Below, in pieces: positions 40,767-55,083 of a stretch of DNA of 64,000 nucleotides. Numbering within the stretch: the first letter of the stretch is position 1; each line of letters begins with the position of its first letter. The position numbers and the translations under genes were made by a program. The DNA is taken from positions 992,001 through 1,056,000 of the forward strand of contig NC_043006.1 of NCBI RefSeq assembly GCF_006345805.1, written 5' to 3'. This stretch comes from Octopus sinensis (lineage: Eukaryota). Under the pieces are notes generated by a model that saw only the letters and a program-made list of their open reading frames with translations, made no database searches and was not told the origin of the DNA.

Positions 40767-41790
40767 TACTACCAGAGATACCCGGCGTTGCCCGGTTACA
40801 TTCAATTGAAGAATTAGACTTTTCTGTTATATTTTCTGTAATGAACTGGAGTACCTATGTTTCGAATTTCATCAAAATTGCAGATGAGGGTTATTTCCCT
40901 CTTTACACTCTCTAAAAAAATTGTAATCGTGCCACATGGAAACCAAAAGACGAATGATCACCATAAGAAGTCAGTTACCCTACCCTAGTCGTTACCACTC
41001 CCAATGTAGGATTCCTCACCATCCAGATGACAGGCACAGCCGTAAGAAGCATTACGAATCTATAGCAATTGAAAGGGCGTGACCCAAGTTATCAACATTA
41101 ACAACTGTGTGACGTGAGGGCTTAGGAGAAATTAAAGTGTCACCTCTGGAGTTTGCAAATGACCACTATACTTATATGTAACTGGATAGAGTGAATTTAC
41201 AATCTATAAATGTCTTTGAATAACCAGTCACTCATCTGGGAAGGCCTTGTAGTCAATGTTACCATCTGGGGACTATGTGTGACCGAGTGATAATAAACAA
41301 ACTGAAAGGAGGTCTGCAATCAAATAACTTCACTCAACACTTTGCAACTGAATCAGAGGAGGCAAAGATGCCTCTCATTTACTTGACAATTTATGCACGA
41401 CATTGCAGACATAACAATGTAAGTAAGTGTATGTCAAAGCAAACTGTTACACTGTTGTACCATTGAATTAGAAATAATGCCCAACTTTTATGCTCGGGTA
41501 ACCCCACAACTTCCATGATTACAAATATTCGTCTTTGCTTAGATAAAATGACAAAATTCTGGGTGTTAAGTCCCCATGGAGGGGGCTTTCTAACTTTGTA
41601 AGAAGATGAAATTTTATAAATATTACTTCATTTGTGTCTAATATCAATGGTTAAAATTTCATCAACAGAAAAAATATATGAATTGTCATGGGGGTTATGG
41701 CCCTTATGCTTAGAATATAATTTCCAAATTTCATAAAGATCCATTCAGTACTTTTGACCTAGTTTTGGATCATAAAAGCATAGGACTCTA
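40767..41790 (+). mobile_element. Possible non-autonomous Helitron/Helentron-like element
   Basis: 5' TACTACCAG…ACCCGGCGTTGCCCGG and internal AATTTCATCAAAAT / AAATTTCATAAAGATCC motifs typical of such elements; boundaries uncertain. Confidence 0.4.
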
Positions 41791-42324
41791 CAATTATCAA
41801 TAATTGCGTCTCAGGAGGAAAATAGTCAGGTAAGACATAATTATTTAATTTTTATGCTCTACAATGATTTAATTCCGAAACGTACGTCCGTAGGTAACTT
41901 AATATTGAATGATTTTCGCCATTTATTTCTCTTTTGCCTGCGTCGTATGCTCTTTAAGTGCTTTGGTTTTACTGGGATCTCCCTTTTAAGTAGAAAGAAT
42001 AGCCAAAACTTTTTGACTGCTATTTCTAAATTCGGTGTGTGGTGAGGCAAATCGTTGCTAAACCCTTAATTACTTAGTATTACTTAAACCTTCCTTGAAT
42101 GGGTCTTTTATATGCCGAACTCTACTTGGTGAAATTAATGATTATTTCTAAATTAATTAATTTCCCCCTTTATTATTATTGATATATATCTATATCTATA
42201 TCTATATATATATATCTATATCTATATATATATATATATCTATATCTGTATCTATATATATCTGTATCTCTATATCTATATATCTATTTCTATATCTATA
42301 TCTATATCTATCTATCTATCTATC

Positions 42325-42466
<142 letters not shown>

Positions 42467-42482
42467 TATATACACATATATA

Positions 42483-44072
42483 TACTTTGATACTTTGATA
42501 CTTTGATAGGTTTCGGCCATTATTGGCCCAGGCCATGTCTAACTTAATAGCACCACCTGGTGAAGTCTTTCAAGTCAGAATTGGGCACTATGGCCCACTC
42601 AAGTAGAGAGTTATTGTTTACAGAGACATATCGGGTGTAGGGGGTTTATCCGGGATTTCTTGAAGGAATCTGTCCAAGACTTCTTGAACCCTATAGGGTC
42701 AGTTTCTGTTTTAATGTGTTTTGGTGTAATGTTAAAGAGAGCGGGGCAATTGAGGTGAAATAATTGTGCCGTATTGTTGTTATGAGATGAGAGTGCGATT
42801 TTTGTTTTGGGCGGATGGCACGGGGCCCAAGCCTGGATGTACCTTAAAGGTGATGCCAACATCATTTGGGCAATGCTGATGGAATATTTTCCACATCATG
42901 CAGATGATGTAGCGCTCACGACGACGTTGGAGAGAATAGAGTTTTAGCTTTTCTAGTCGACCCCAATAGTCGAGGCCTGTCATGCCATCTATCTTTTTTG
43001 TGATTGCCCTTTGAGGTGCTTCAACTTTTATGATACCTTGTATTGTGTGGGGAGACCACAGTGGACAACAGTATTCAAGGTGGGGTCGGGCAAAAGTGGA
43101 TAAGAGAAGGATAATGGTGTGGATATCTCTCGACTGGAAAGTTCTGAGAATCAAACACATTCTGCGGGCCATGTCAACTTTGGTGTTTATATGAGTGGCC
43201 CAGCTTATGTTGTTGTCCACAATTACTCAAGTCTCTGATGTTGTTGGACGCCGCGAGAGTTTCACCTGAAGGAAGGGAGTATGGGAGTTTCAGGGCATCC
43301 TCTTTTCCAAAGTGGATTAGCTCAAATTTATCCTCGTTCAGCAGCATATTGTTTTTTTCTGCCCATTGGATATCAGCCAGTAGATCTGACTGAAGGCATG
43401 TCCGGTCACTCGCCTCATTTATGACCTTCTGTAGCTTGGAGTCATCTGCAAAGATTTTATGTTGCTGTGCTTGATGATGTCATTAATGTCATTAATGTAA
43501 ATGATGAAAAGAAGTGGGCCCAGCACAGTGCCTTGCGGAACGCCACTACTGACTTTGGCTGGGCTTGATTTTACCCCTTCAACTACAACATGTTGAGATC
43601 TGTCTGTTAGGAAACACTTGATCCATTTCAGTAACTTTCCAGAGACACCAATGCTGGATAGTTTTTTCAATAGGATCTTGTGATCGACCCTGTCGAAGGC
43701 CTTACTGAAATCAAGGTAGATGACAGCGGTGTTGGAGCCCTCTCCCAAAGCTCTCAAAATGTCCTCAAAGTGATGCAGGAGCTGCGTTAGGCAGTCCCTT
43801 CCATTACGGAACCCATGTTGGTTGGAGATCAGCCGTCTGTTGCTTTCCAGAAATTGGGTTATTCGAGATCTCACCACCCTCTCAAATACCTTGATGATAT
43901 GAGAGGTGAGTGAGATCGGACGGTAATTCACTGCAAGGGACTTGTTTCCCTTTTTGAAAACTGGGACAACAGACTGGGACAGAAGGTTTTTTGGAATATA
44001 GCCAGCATCCAGTGAGTTTCTCCACAGATTAGCAAGGGGAGATGCAAGTTGGTGTCGACACACCTTCAGGAC
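42483..44072 (-). mobile_element. CR1-like LINE, 5'-truncated, RT domain
   Basis: ORF 43419..44063 has NYRPISLTS, QHGFR, YLDFSKAFDRVDH and SGVPQGTVLGPLLF; FADD continues after a frameshift. C-terminal ORF 42780..43220; 3' tail of 8-bp repeats (TCAAAGTA)x3. Confidence 0.95.
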
Positions 44073-44100
44073 ACATATATATCTATATCTATATATCTAT

Positions 44101-44152
<52 letters not shown>

Positions 44153-44174
44153 ACGTTTAAATATTTATATATAT

Positions 44175-45075
44175 AAAGCCAGAAATGTAGTCTATAGTAT
44201 AAGATGTATAGAGGGACGATGCAGTAACAAGACAGTAACATGCGTAGGGGAAACGGCAAGAAGCATAGGAGAGCGGGTGAATGAACATTGGAGACAACTC
44301 AAGGAAGGTAAAAGCTCATCGATTCTGTACCAACACGCCGAACAGGAACACGGGGGATCAATCAATAACATAGATATTAAGATATTGTCCACACATAGAA
44401 CAGATGCAACAATTAGACAAATTACAGAAGCTACACATATAATAGAAAATAAACCTAGCCTGAATAGAAAACTAGAATGGAGCAATAGCACACACCACAA
44501 CATATGACGATAGAGGATCCCGAAAACATAATAAATACACAGATAAATAAACAAATAGAAATGAATAACTATATATATGTATATATGTCTATGTATGTAT
44601 ATGTATGTATATATATATATATATGTATAAGTGTATATATATGTGTATATGTATATATATATATATCTTTTTCTTTTTCGATTAGATTTTCTTTTTCTTT
44701 TTTTTTTATTAGATTTATTATTATTATTACTAATATTGTTGTTATACATACATACAAGCATATGTAATGATAATAATGGGTAGATGTAAACACATGAACA
44801 AAATTAGAACAAAAGCAACAACAAGAAAAACAAAATACAAATTACATGAATGTATATAAACAGAAGATACAAATATTACAGGCATCCCCCCACACACACA
44901 CTAAATAAACATAGACGCACATAGAGATATAAGCATGCGCAAATGAAGACATACAATAGAAATACAAAATGGCTGACGGTTAGTAAGGAGAGACACAAAT
45001 AAGTGAGAAGAAAACAAAGGACCACTGATGCGGTCACAGGAGTGTGACGAAAGAACTCTGGCCGAAATAAGATTA
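44175..45075 (+). mobile_element. Penelope-like element 3' fragment (GIY-YIG endonuclease plus 3' region)
   Basis: KARNVVYSIRC…CVGETARSIGERVNEH…LYQHAEQEH…EATHIIENKPSLNRK (stop 44505-44507). Hammerhead-like motif at 45019-45063; the 3' boundary is approximate. Confidence 0.8.
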
Positions 45076-45124
45076 AGATTAATGTAAAAAATAAATATCA
45101 CTGAAGCAAAATAACACCAAATAT

Positions 45125-45192
45125 ATAGTGCGTATGTTTTTATTGGCTAAACTGGCAATATGACCATTCCGAATATATATATATATATATAA

Positions 45193-45233
<41 letters not shown>

Positions 45234-45445
45234 TATATATATATATATATATATATACATATTGCCCACCGGATGCTCCAATCACATAGGCAAGTTTGAA
45301 GATTGCCTCACAAGAATTAAAGAAATCTTCATGAATCTGGAACACCACGTGACCATATTTCTTATGGGTGATTTTAACTTCCCCAACGTGAAATGGCCCG
45401 AAGGTCTCATACTCTCAGGAACGAATCATTGCAAGGAAGTATAGG
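45125..45445 (+). mobile_element. CR1-like LINE APE endonuclease fragment
   Basis: …IY[(TA)n]CPPDAP…TIFLMGDFNFPNVKWP matches the YRPP and GDFN motifs. Confidence 0.75.
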
Positions 45446-46170
45446 TGGAGTCCAAGTTATATCTTGATATCGCTAGTGAAAATAAATACTCAAAATATAT
45501 AACAGACTGGATTGTAGGCCCGTCTCTTGCAATTTCGATCAATTGGATCTTGTTCTCCATCTTGTATAGAAGTGTACGGCTGCAGCGAAATTCATTTTTC
45601 GACTTTCTTCTATCGAAGTAATTTTAACAAAAATGCTTCCGTAAAGACGGTGAAAATATTGTCAATTTCCCCAAACAGGGACACAATTCAATTTTTAAAC
45701 AATAACCAAAGCCCCATCTCCGGAAGGGATAGGGTTACGGTTTACAATTATTTAAAAAATGAAACACAACAACGTTTCCCAACAAATGTGATTACAATAG
45801 TCAAACAGTAATAATAATAACAAACCTTTTTAATTTATCCCCATTTATGTGAAACCACTTATTCAAGTTCAAGTCATTGATGCAATTTTATACGAATTGC
45901 TAATACACACGCACACACACATAATAAGGGTGAAAAATTGAATATTAATTTGATTAATATGAATTGAAAACCAGTGGTGTAGCATATAGGACCATAGCGG
46001 ATCTTCTTCTAGTAAAATGGATGACCACTGTTAATGGTTGACATCTGTTATATAATACTTTCACTTTAATAGTTTCAGTATTAAAATGAAAGTGTCTGCA
46101 TTACAAAAGAGATATGTTTTGTTTCACTTTTAACACGTAATACTGAAATAGTGGATAAGATATACTGCTG

Positions 46171-46324
46171 TGGGTTACATTTTTTTTTGCCGATGACACT
46201 CCCCGGACCTTATGTAAGGCATGTGTAAAATTTGAATGAAATTGGTTGTGTAGTTCTCAAGTTTTAGGGAAACACACAGACTGACAGACAGACACACATT
46301 CTCAGTTTTATATATATGGAGATA
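46171..46324 (+). mobile_element. Non-autonomous Helitron-like 3' fragment
   Basis: AAAATTTGAATGAAATTGGTTGTGTAGTT…ACAGACTGACAGACAGACAC…TTTTATATATAT pattern. Confidence 0.45.
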
Positions 46325-46450
46325 CATACATACATAAGTATACACACACATACACACACAGACACACCCATGTATAAGCAAAGTGAGTGTGTGGGAGAAA
46401 GATATGCAGAATGTCCATAAAAACGTGTATACACACACATACATATATAC

Positions 46451-46481
<31 letters not shown>

Positions 46482-47289
46482 ATGTATATGTACACACACA
46501 TTACATATGGATGAGTCGTGGGTTTTGTCTATAAATTTACACGTATATCTGCCTGTGTACTCACACCCACGCTTATCTATCCAGGAGGCGGGGCTTTGCG
46601 TAGGTGTCATATATAAACATATATGTGCATGTATATGTGTACGCGTGCGTGTATGTGTGTATCTGTGTGTGTGTTTGTGAGTGTGCATGTGTACTCATAC
46701 CTATCAATGAGTGTATATTTATTTCTGTGTCTCTACCATTCCTTTTCTTTCTGCTTCTGTCTAGTTGCATTAATGGTAGTTCATATATTCCAAAATTTTA
46801 TGTTCGTCTCAATGAACACATAGCTGGCTACGTGCCAGTAACAAGGTGACATACAAGCCAGATGTATACAGCATAAACTAAATATCATATATCATCAATT
46901 ACATATAAATATATATATGTATATATATTTAGGTCGAATATTGCTTGTGAGTTAGAGATGTGGCATTGGAAATTTCTATTGATTGTTCAGTTTTCAGCTA
47001 GAATTGTGTTTTTGAAGAAATAGAAACGTTATGTCGGAGAAATATCCTGCATAATTTATAATGATACGTGGAAAGAAATTATATTATTGTACTTTGCTAA
47101 GCCCTATGCAGTTATTAACTAGATCAGACATAAAATACTTCGAGAAGTCTCGTTTCTTAGAAACACGCCATTATCACTGCAGACTCGTTGCTTTGTACAT
47201 TTAGACAATTATATTCTAAAAGAACATATATGAGCAGTCTTTGAAATAAAGATTTTTGAAACACAAACACACACACACATAAGAACAAT

Positions 47290-47324
<35 letters not shown>

Positions 47325-47879
47325 AAGAGAGTAAAAGATACAGGGATGTGTGTATGTATTTTTGCATGTATATATGTGTGTGTGTGTAGGTACAATATAA
47401 GTACGTAAATATATGTAACGATATATATAAATACAGACATATATACATACATGCAACCACCCGCGCACGCGCACACACATACACACAAATATGTTATTCT
47501 TTAGCAGGAATAGTATTGACATTGAGTTCGAAGTTTCGGCCAAGTAAGCCATCATCGGACAGTTATTCGATTATTGTTTAGCGGACCGGAACTTCGAAGT
47601 TACTGTCAGTACTATTCTTCCTAAAGAACAATAAAGTTCTACGGTGCCAAATGCAATGAACATTCCTTGACTGCAATTTAATGTATCTTCTTTTATTGTA
47701 CCACAAAAATGTTCATAAAAACTTATATATATATATATATATATATATATAATCTGTTTATTTTCTCGTGTTCCTTTCTCTTGAAGAGGGTAGGCTCGAA
47801 ACGTAAAAGACCTTCTCACTTTCCCGAGTGTTAAAGCAATGGACCTGTTTATTGGTTACACACCTGTCTTCGTCTTTTG

Positions 47880-47928
<49 letters not shown>

Positions 47929-47959
47929 GTGTGTGTGTGTGTGTGTGTGTGTTTGTGTA

Positions 47960-48920
47960 CAGGGATTGGACAAAATAATGGAAACACCTAGCATCATAAC
48001 ATCGTAATTCTGAAATATCTATAAAACCATCAAAAGCTTGTTTATTTTTGTGATTTATTTTCATTTTATTATTAGTGTTGCTTAATATGTTTTGCTAAGA
48101 TTGCTGCTTCTTTTCAGATAACATCAGGAAAAGGTAATTAAAATTCATTAAAATGACAGATATATCGGATTTTCAAAGAGGTCAAATTGTTGGCGTTCGT
48201 CTGGCAAGAGCTAGCATAACGAAAACAGCCGAAATGTTTGGTGTATGAAGTACTGTTTCGAAAGTAATGACAGTCTTTGAGAAAGAGGGAAATACTCCTC
48301 GTTGAAATAAAACTCCGGAAGAAAACCAAAACCTTCTGCTAGGGAGGGCTGCAATCAGAAAACCACTTCTCTCAAAAACAAACGTTGCAAAGCGTTTAGA
48401 GTGGAGTAAAAACCTATAGAATTGGTCCCTAGAGCAGTAAAAGAATGTTATTATCTCGAACTAATCATCCTTTACCTTATTTCCGACCACTGGCCGAGTA
48501 TACGTATGGAGGCAGCCAAATGAAGCAATTGACCCACGCTGCCTTCTTCCAACCATTAAACATGAAGGAGGATCTGTGATGATCTGGCGGGCTATATATT
48601 GGAAATCCGCCGGTCCAATGGTTTCTCTTCATGGCAGAATTAATAGCCGAGACTATTTATGCATTTTATCTGATCAAATCCATCCTGAATGGCACGAGGA
48701 ACATTCTAGAGAAGTTGAACATCTTGTCTGACCACCATAGTCCCCAACATCTAAATATAATTGAAAAGTTATGGTGCATTTTAGAAAAACAAGCAAGGAG
48801 TCGATATCCTGCACCATCATCACTACAAGAACTGGAGACTGTTTTAGTTGAAGAATGGGCAAAAATTCCTTTGGAAACAATTCAAACTTTCTACGAGGCC
48901 ATACCTCGTAGAATTCATGC
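47960..48920 (+). mobile_element. Tc1-like transposon, decayed, 3' TIR missing
   Basis: TA|CAGGGATTGGACAAAATAATGGAAACACC terminus. From 48153: MTDISDFQRGQIVG…RKPLLSK…KRLEW…KHEGGSVMIW…NIIEKLW…L.EEWAKIP. Confidence 0.9.
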
Positions 48921-49195
48921 TTTAAAAGTCACTTTATTATTACTAAATCTATTGAGAGTAAACATTTCAGAGACAAAGTAGCTATGGTTGATAAGAGGCT
49001 GCAAGTGGAACCCTTTCGTAGGTGAAACGTACAGGCTAAGGGACGAAACTCTTGTGACCCTGAGATAAATGCTGACGATACGGAAGTTTTTCTAGCATTG
49101 CACATTTCCACTTGCGGTCTCTGATCAACCATAGCTACTTTGTCTCGGAAATGTTCACTCCCAATAGATGCAGTAATAATAAAGTGACTTTTAAA
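48921..49195. mobile_element. Foldback/MITE with 90-bp inverted arms
   Basis: Arms 48921-49010 and 49106-49195, about 8 mismatches by eye; 95-bp spacer. Confidence 0.8.
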
Positions 49196-50269
49196 ACTAA
49201 TTCTTAATTCAGAGAGATACGCTGTTTATCTTCATCACATGTATGGACACCCTTTTAAGTTGTTGAATAATCTCCAGTTTTTTTCCTAATGGATTGCGGA
49301 GAAGGACTGCTACAGAGTAATATGTTTTACAAGGATTGGTTGGAGATTGGATATTGTGTGAGTAGTTCAACTGTTTGTACGTAATAAATAAGCAAGTGAA
49401 AAAAAATAATAAAATATTTAATACCTAAAATATTTAAATACCTAGCAGCAGGTATTTGAAGGGAAATTTGACAAGGCAGTCAGTCGCCCGCTGACACTCG
49501 TTAACGCTACATCGAAGGCGCCAGGGAACAGAAGAAAGAAGACATGCACCCAACGCCAGAACTGAAGACACCTCCGAAAGGGGGGAGGCGCCACGTCAGA
49601 ATAGTAGAGGAGTAGGGGCCGAAACCGGATGTGGTTCCTACTGATGATGTCTTGAGCTAACTGGATCCTATAAAGGAGCTGTTGTGGTAGCAGACCACGA
49701 AACACGGTTGAAATTCCTCGATTGAGCGGTAACATAAGATTTTGATAGTTTCAAATGTTGAACTAAGATTTACTTTTCTGAAACTAAAATCAAATTTTCT
49801 TAAAGTAACTTGATTTTAATTCTATATTTCACTGAATCCTTAAGAAACGATGAATCATATCTTGCTTCCTAAACCTGCTTCATAAAGGATTTGTTTAAAT
49901 CCCATTTAAACCCGAACCATCAATATTTAAATAGCGAATTCTTCTTTATCGGATGACTGAGCTACAGAACAACAGATGAGCGTTAAGTCATTAACATAAT
50001 GATTCGATGTTTCACTGCGCACAACACGTCCAGATTTCGTGATTTCATTGAATTATTGAACATGCATTGTTCGAAAACTTATAAACGTAGCAACAATTTC
50101 TTTTTCGTTTTCACTGCAACACATACGCTGCTTTGACGGGTTGGGGACTGAATTGCATTCACAGCTTGCACGATATTTACATATCTATTTTACTGACATA
50201 ACACACTTTAGCATTTGTAAATTGTGAAGCTAATAAGCCCGTGATGTTTACTTCCCTCATGTTTATCTC

Positions 50270-50938
50270 CACATGCATGCGTGCATACATATATACACAC
50301 ATACACACATACATACAGGCACACATACATACACACATACACACATACATACAGGCACACATACACACATACATACACACATGCATACACACATGCATAC
50401 AAACACACCTACACACATACACACATACACACATACATACACACATGCATACATACATGCATACATACATACATACATACATGCATACATACACACATAC
50501 ATACATACATACATACATACACACATACATACACACATACATACATACATACATACATACATACACACATGCATACATACATACATACATACATACACAC
50601 ATACATACATACATACATACATACATACATACATACACACACACATACATGCATACATACATACATACACACACATACACACATACATACATACATACAT
50701 ACATACATACATACATACACACATGCATACATACACACATACATACATACATACATACATACACACATACATACATACATACAGGCACACATACATACAC
50801 ACATGCATACATACATACATACATATGATACATACATACATACATACATATACATACATACACACATACACACATACATACATACATACATACACACATA
50901 CGTACATACATACATACATACATACATACATACATACG

Positions 50939-50970
<32 letters not shown>

Positions 50971-51002
50971 TATACATACATATAGCTACGTATGTATGTA
51001 TG
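50270..51002. repeat. ~730-bp (CA)n/(CATA)n/(CATG) compound microsatellite
   Basis: Direct; source of the long YIHT/MYVC ORFs. Confidence 0.95.
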
Positions 51003-51276
51003 TACAGTGGAAACCTTTGTCTCCTCATTTCGTAAAAATCAGCTCGTTTCCGTCTGTACAGCATAGGGATAAACCCGTTGTACGCTAAATTTTAAAAGGA
51101 AATCGTAACATCTCAAAACAATTATTCTTCTCTTCGCGAAAATCTAATGTATTATGCAGTCTATGTGAGTGTAGATTGTAGGTATTTTGCACAAACAAAA
51201 CGGGAATACTCAACACATGTAGTTGTGTAAAATATTTAATGATATAGTTCTTTAGCCATTATATATTGTTGCAGTA

Positions 51277-51315
51277 TTATATATATATATATATATTATA
51301 TATATATATATTATA

Positions 51316-51381
<66 letters not shown>

Positions 51382-51414
51382 ATTATATAATATATATATA
51401 TATATATTATATAT

Positions 51415-51456
<42 letters not shown>
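51277..51456. repeat. Interrupted (TA)n tract
   Basis: Direct. Confidence 0.95.
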
Positions 51457-51457
<1 letters not shown>

Positions 51458-52601
51458 TTTCAGCAAAATAATTAAGATTCAAATGAATTCCAATGAATTC
51501 AAATGAATAAATTCTCTAGGATGTCTGGAAAACATATATGTGATTTGATTTAGCTGATGAATACTGGACATTTGTATTTGCTGCAATACTTGCAGCTTTA
51601 AATAAAATGTTCTTAGTACGAAACAATTGTACTAAACTACTAATCCATTCTTGTTGCTTTATTCCTTGGTTTTATATATATATATATATTATATATTGTA
51701 TATTGTCTCCTATCTACGAATACTGGTTAATCCTCGGACGATAAATTGATTATAGTTTTTCAGAATATCAGCGACGTGCAGTGAATTACGGTATTCAATT
51801 AAATTCAGAAATTCCAGTGTTTAAAGATGAGAATATAGATATGTTATGGTACTTTCCAAAGGACTCTCTGCAAAACTTCTTTAAAAAAGAATTCTCCCAG
51901 TAACATGCAAACATATCAAACAATATTTAACAAATAAATTGTTTATGCTGACTGGAAATAGTAGAAAGAGTTCTTGCTACTACTACTACTACTACTACTA
52001 CTACTATAACCACCACCACCATTACCGCTACAACCATCATCATGACCATCATGAGCATCATCATCAATCGTCTTTTAATGCGTGATTGCACTGTACAATC
52101 AAGAATAGGATTGTCTGTGAGACACACATACATTATAATTCTTGCTTTTCCATGTTTGTATTACAATGAAACTACACCACGTGACAATGTGTGCAGCGCT
52201 TAGCAGTGCTATCTTCTGTGGGTGAAGTTTCTGCGGTTATTCTTTAGTGTTTTGGCATCGTATTATTCTTCGCATTTTCCGTTTCAGTTTTCATTCCTCT
52301 CATTCGGGACATCTCCATTTCCAGGTCTTTCTATTTCGATATTTTCTCCGTTTCTTTTAAATCGAGTGAGTGACATATCTCTCCTTGATGTGCTTCCACA
52401 GAAATAACTCAAGGATTTGAATTAATCTCTTTATCTTTATGAAATGGCATTTCTAAGAAAATAGTCACTTTGTCATTCTCTGAAGTCGATCGTAACACCG
52501 ATTATGTTGCGTGATTATAACAGTTCTTCACTGGCGAAGCCATGGTAGAGTTTCCCGTGTAAGAAAGCTATATCGCCATATCATGATGACGCTACAGATA
52601 T

Positions 52602-52637
<36 letters not shown>

Positions 52638-52687
52638 CGATGATGATGTTGATGACGATGATGGTGATGATGATGATGATGATGAAC

Positions 52688-52847
52688 CTTTCTATTATTG
52701 GCACAGGTACTGAAATCTTTTGGAAGGGGGACATTCGATTACATCGATAGCCAGTGCTGGGTGACTGGTACTTATTTTATCAACCCCAAAAGCATGAAAG
52801 GCAAAGTCAACTTCGGCTGAATTTGAACTCTGAAAATAAAGACGGAC
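52688..52847 (-). mobile_element. SINE family B fragment
   Basis: GGTACTTATTTTATCAACCCCAAAAGCATGAAAGGCAAAGTCAAC…GAACTC. Confidence 0.8.
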
Positions 52848-52888
52848 ACACACACGTACACACACACACACACCACACACACACACAC

Positions 52889-52957
<69 letters not shown>

Positions 52958-52959
<2 letters not shown>

Positions 52960-53455
52960 TCTGATCAATAAGTGTCTTGACTGTTGTTATAGTAACGAAG
53001 CCTAAGCATGCTTGGCACACATTGACCTTGAGCTCTGCTGCGCATGCGCACTAACTTCCAACGTTCTAGCTCACATCTGCTGTTTACAGCAGTGCTTGGA
53101 AGGAAGATGTGTAGCGTGTGATCGTCGTATTGACCAAAATCTTGGCGATACCTGTTCAGAGGACTACGCCAAGTTTTCAAAAAGCTTTCATCGTTCTCGG
53201 TACAATCAAGGGGATCTTGGGAAACTGAAACCCGAGTGTCTTTCTGGTCAGCTGAAAGCAGTTTTTTGCACAAACTTGGCAGACTCGCGTCTCATACCCA
53301 GATCCTCAGTGATAAAGGACCGAAATTAAACATAGCTTATTTGCCCATCCTCTCATAACTCACGGATGGTGATTCGTCGATTTCCCCTCACAGCTGCATG
53401 CACATCTGCGGTGTTTTTCTCAGTTCTGCTGGTTGTGGGTCTCCCAGAACGTTCA
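52958..53455 (-). mobile_element. Mariner fragment (rearranged)
   Basis: Minus strand 53455→~53180 reads DERSGRPTTS…RRITIREL…DLGMRRESAKFVQKLL…QKDTRVSV (mariner N-terminal HTH). 52958-~53170 looks like a TIR/leader. Confidence 0.75.
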
Positions 53456-53468
53456 TCAATATATATAA

Positions 53469-53703
53469 GTTTCTTTACTACCCACAAGGGGCTAAACATA
53501 GAAGGGACAGACAAGGACAGACAAACGAATTTAAGTCGAATATATCAACCCCAGTGCGTAACTGGTACTTAATTTATCGACCCCGAAAGGATGAAAGGCA
53601 AAGTCGACCTCGGCGGAATTTGAACTCAGAACGTAACGGTAGACGAAATACGGCTACGCATTTCGCCCGGCGTGCTAACGGTTCTGCCAGCTCGCCGCCT
53701 TTG
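53469..53703 (-). mobile_element. SINE family B, full length with 13-bp TSD
   Basis: TCAATATATATAA at 53456-53468 and 53704-53716. Confidence 0.93.
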
Positions 53704-53819
53704 TCAATATATATAATAGAACGTCCGGTATATATAATAGAATGTTCGGTATATATACAATAGATCGGTAGCTACATACGCATATATTCTAGACCCTATC
53801 CATAAAAAGGTTTATTATA

Positions 53820-54680
<861 letters not shown>

Positions 54681-54984
54681 ATAATTTTGCCGCACATTTT
54701 TGCCGTAGGAAAATTCGACGGAAAAAAAAAAATTGCAAAATTTTTTAAAAGTGAAATTAGTTGTTTTCTTCATCATCTAACGTATCAATTAGAGAAAGGT
54801 AAATTCTTAAAATGAGTCATCTAGTTTGCATTCTTCTTGAGTGCCTCCTTTTTGCACGAAATCTCCTAGGGCAAATTTCTCCACGGCAAAAATGTTTACT
54901 CTGAACATCCCGGACACGAACAAAGTTATTCGATTGTAAGATTTTATTCCCTTTCCAGCATACACGAAATATTGGATCACAGAT

Positions 54985-55083
<99 letters not shown>

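Noticed and set aside
50177-51088. Long ORFs (up to 295 aa) of YIHT/MYVC/IYIY type here and throughout the window
   Set aside because: They are stop-free translations of microsatellites, not genes.
54696-54893. 20-bp imperfect inverted repeat (TTTTGCCGT…ACGGCAAAA)
   Set aside because: Short, no TSD seen and termini undefined.
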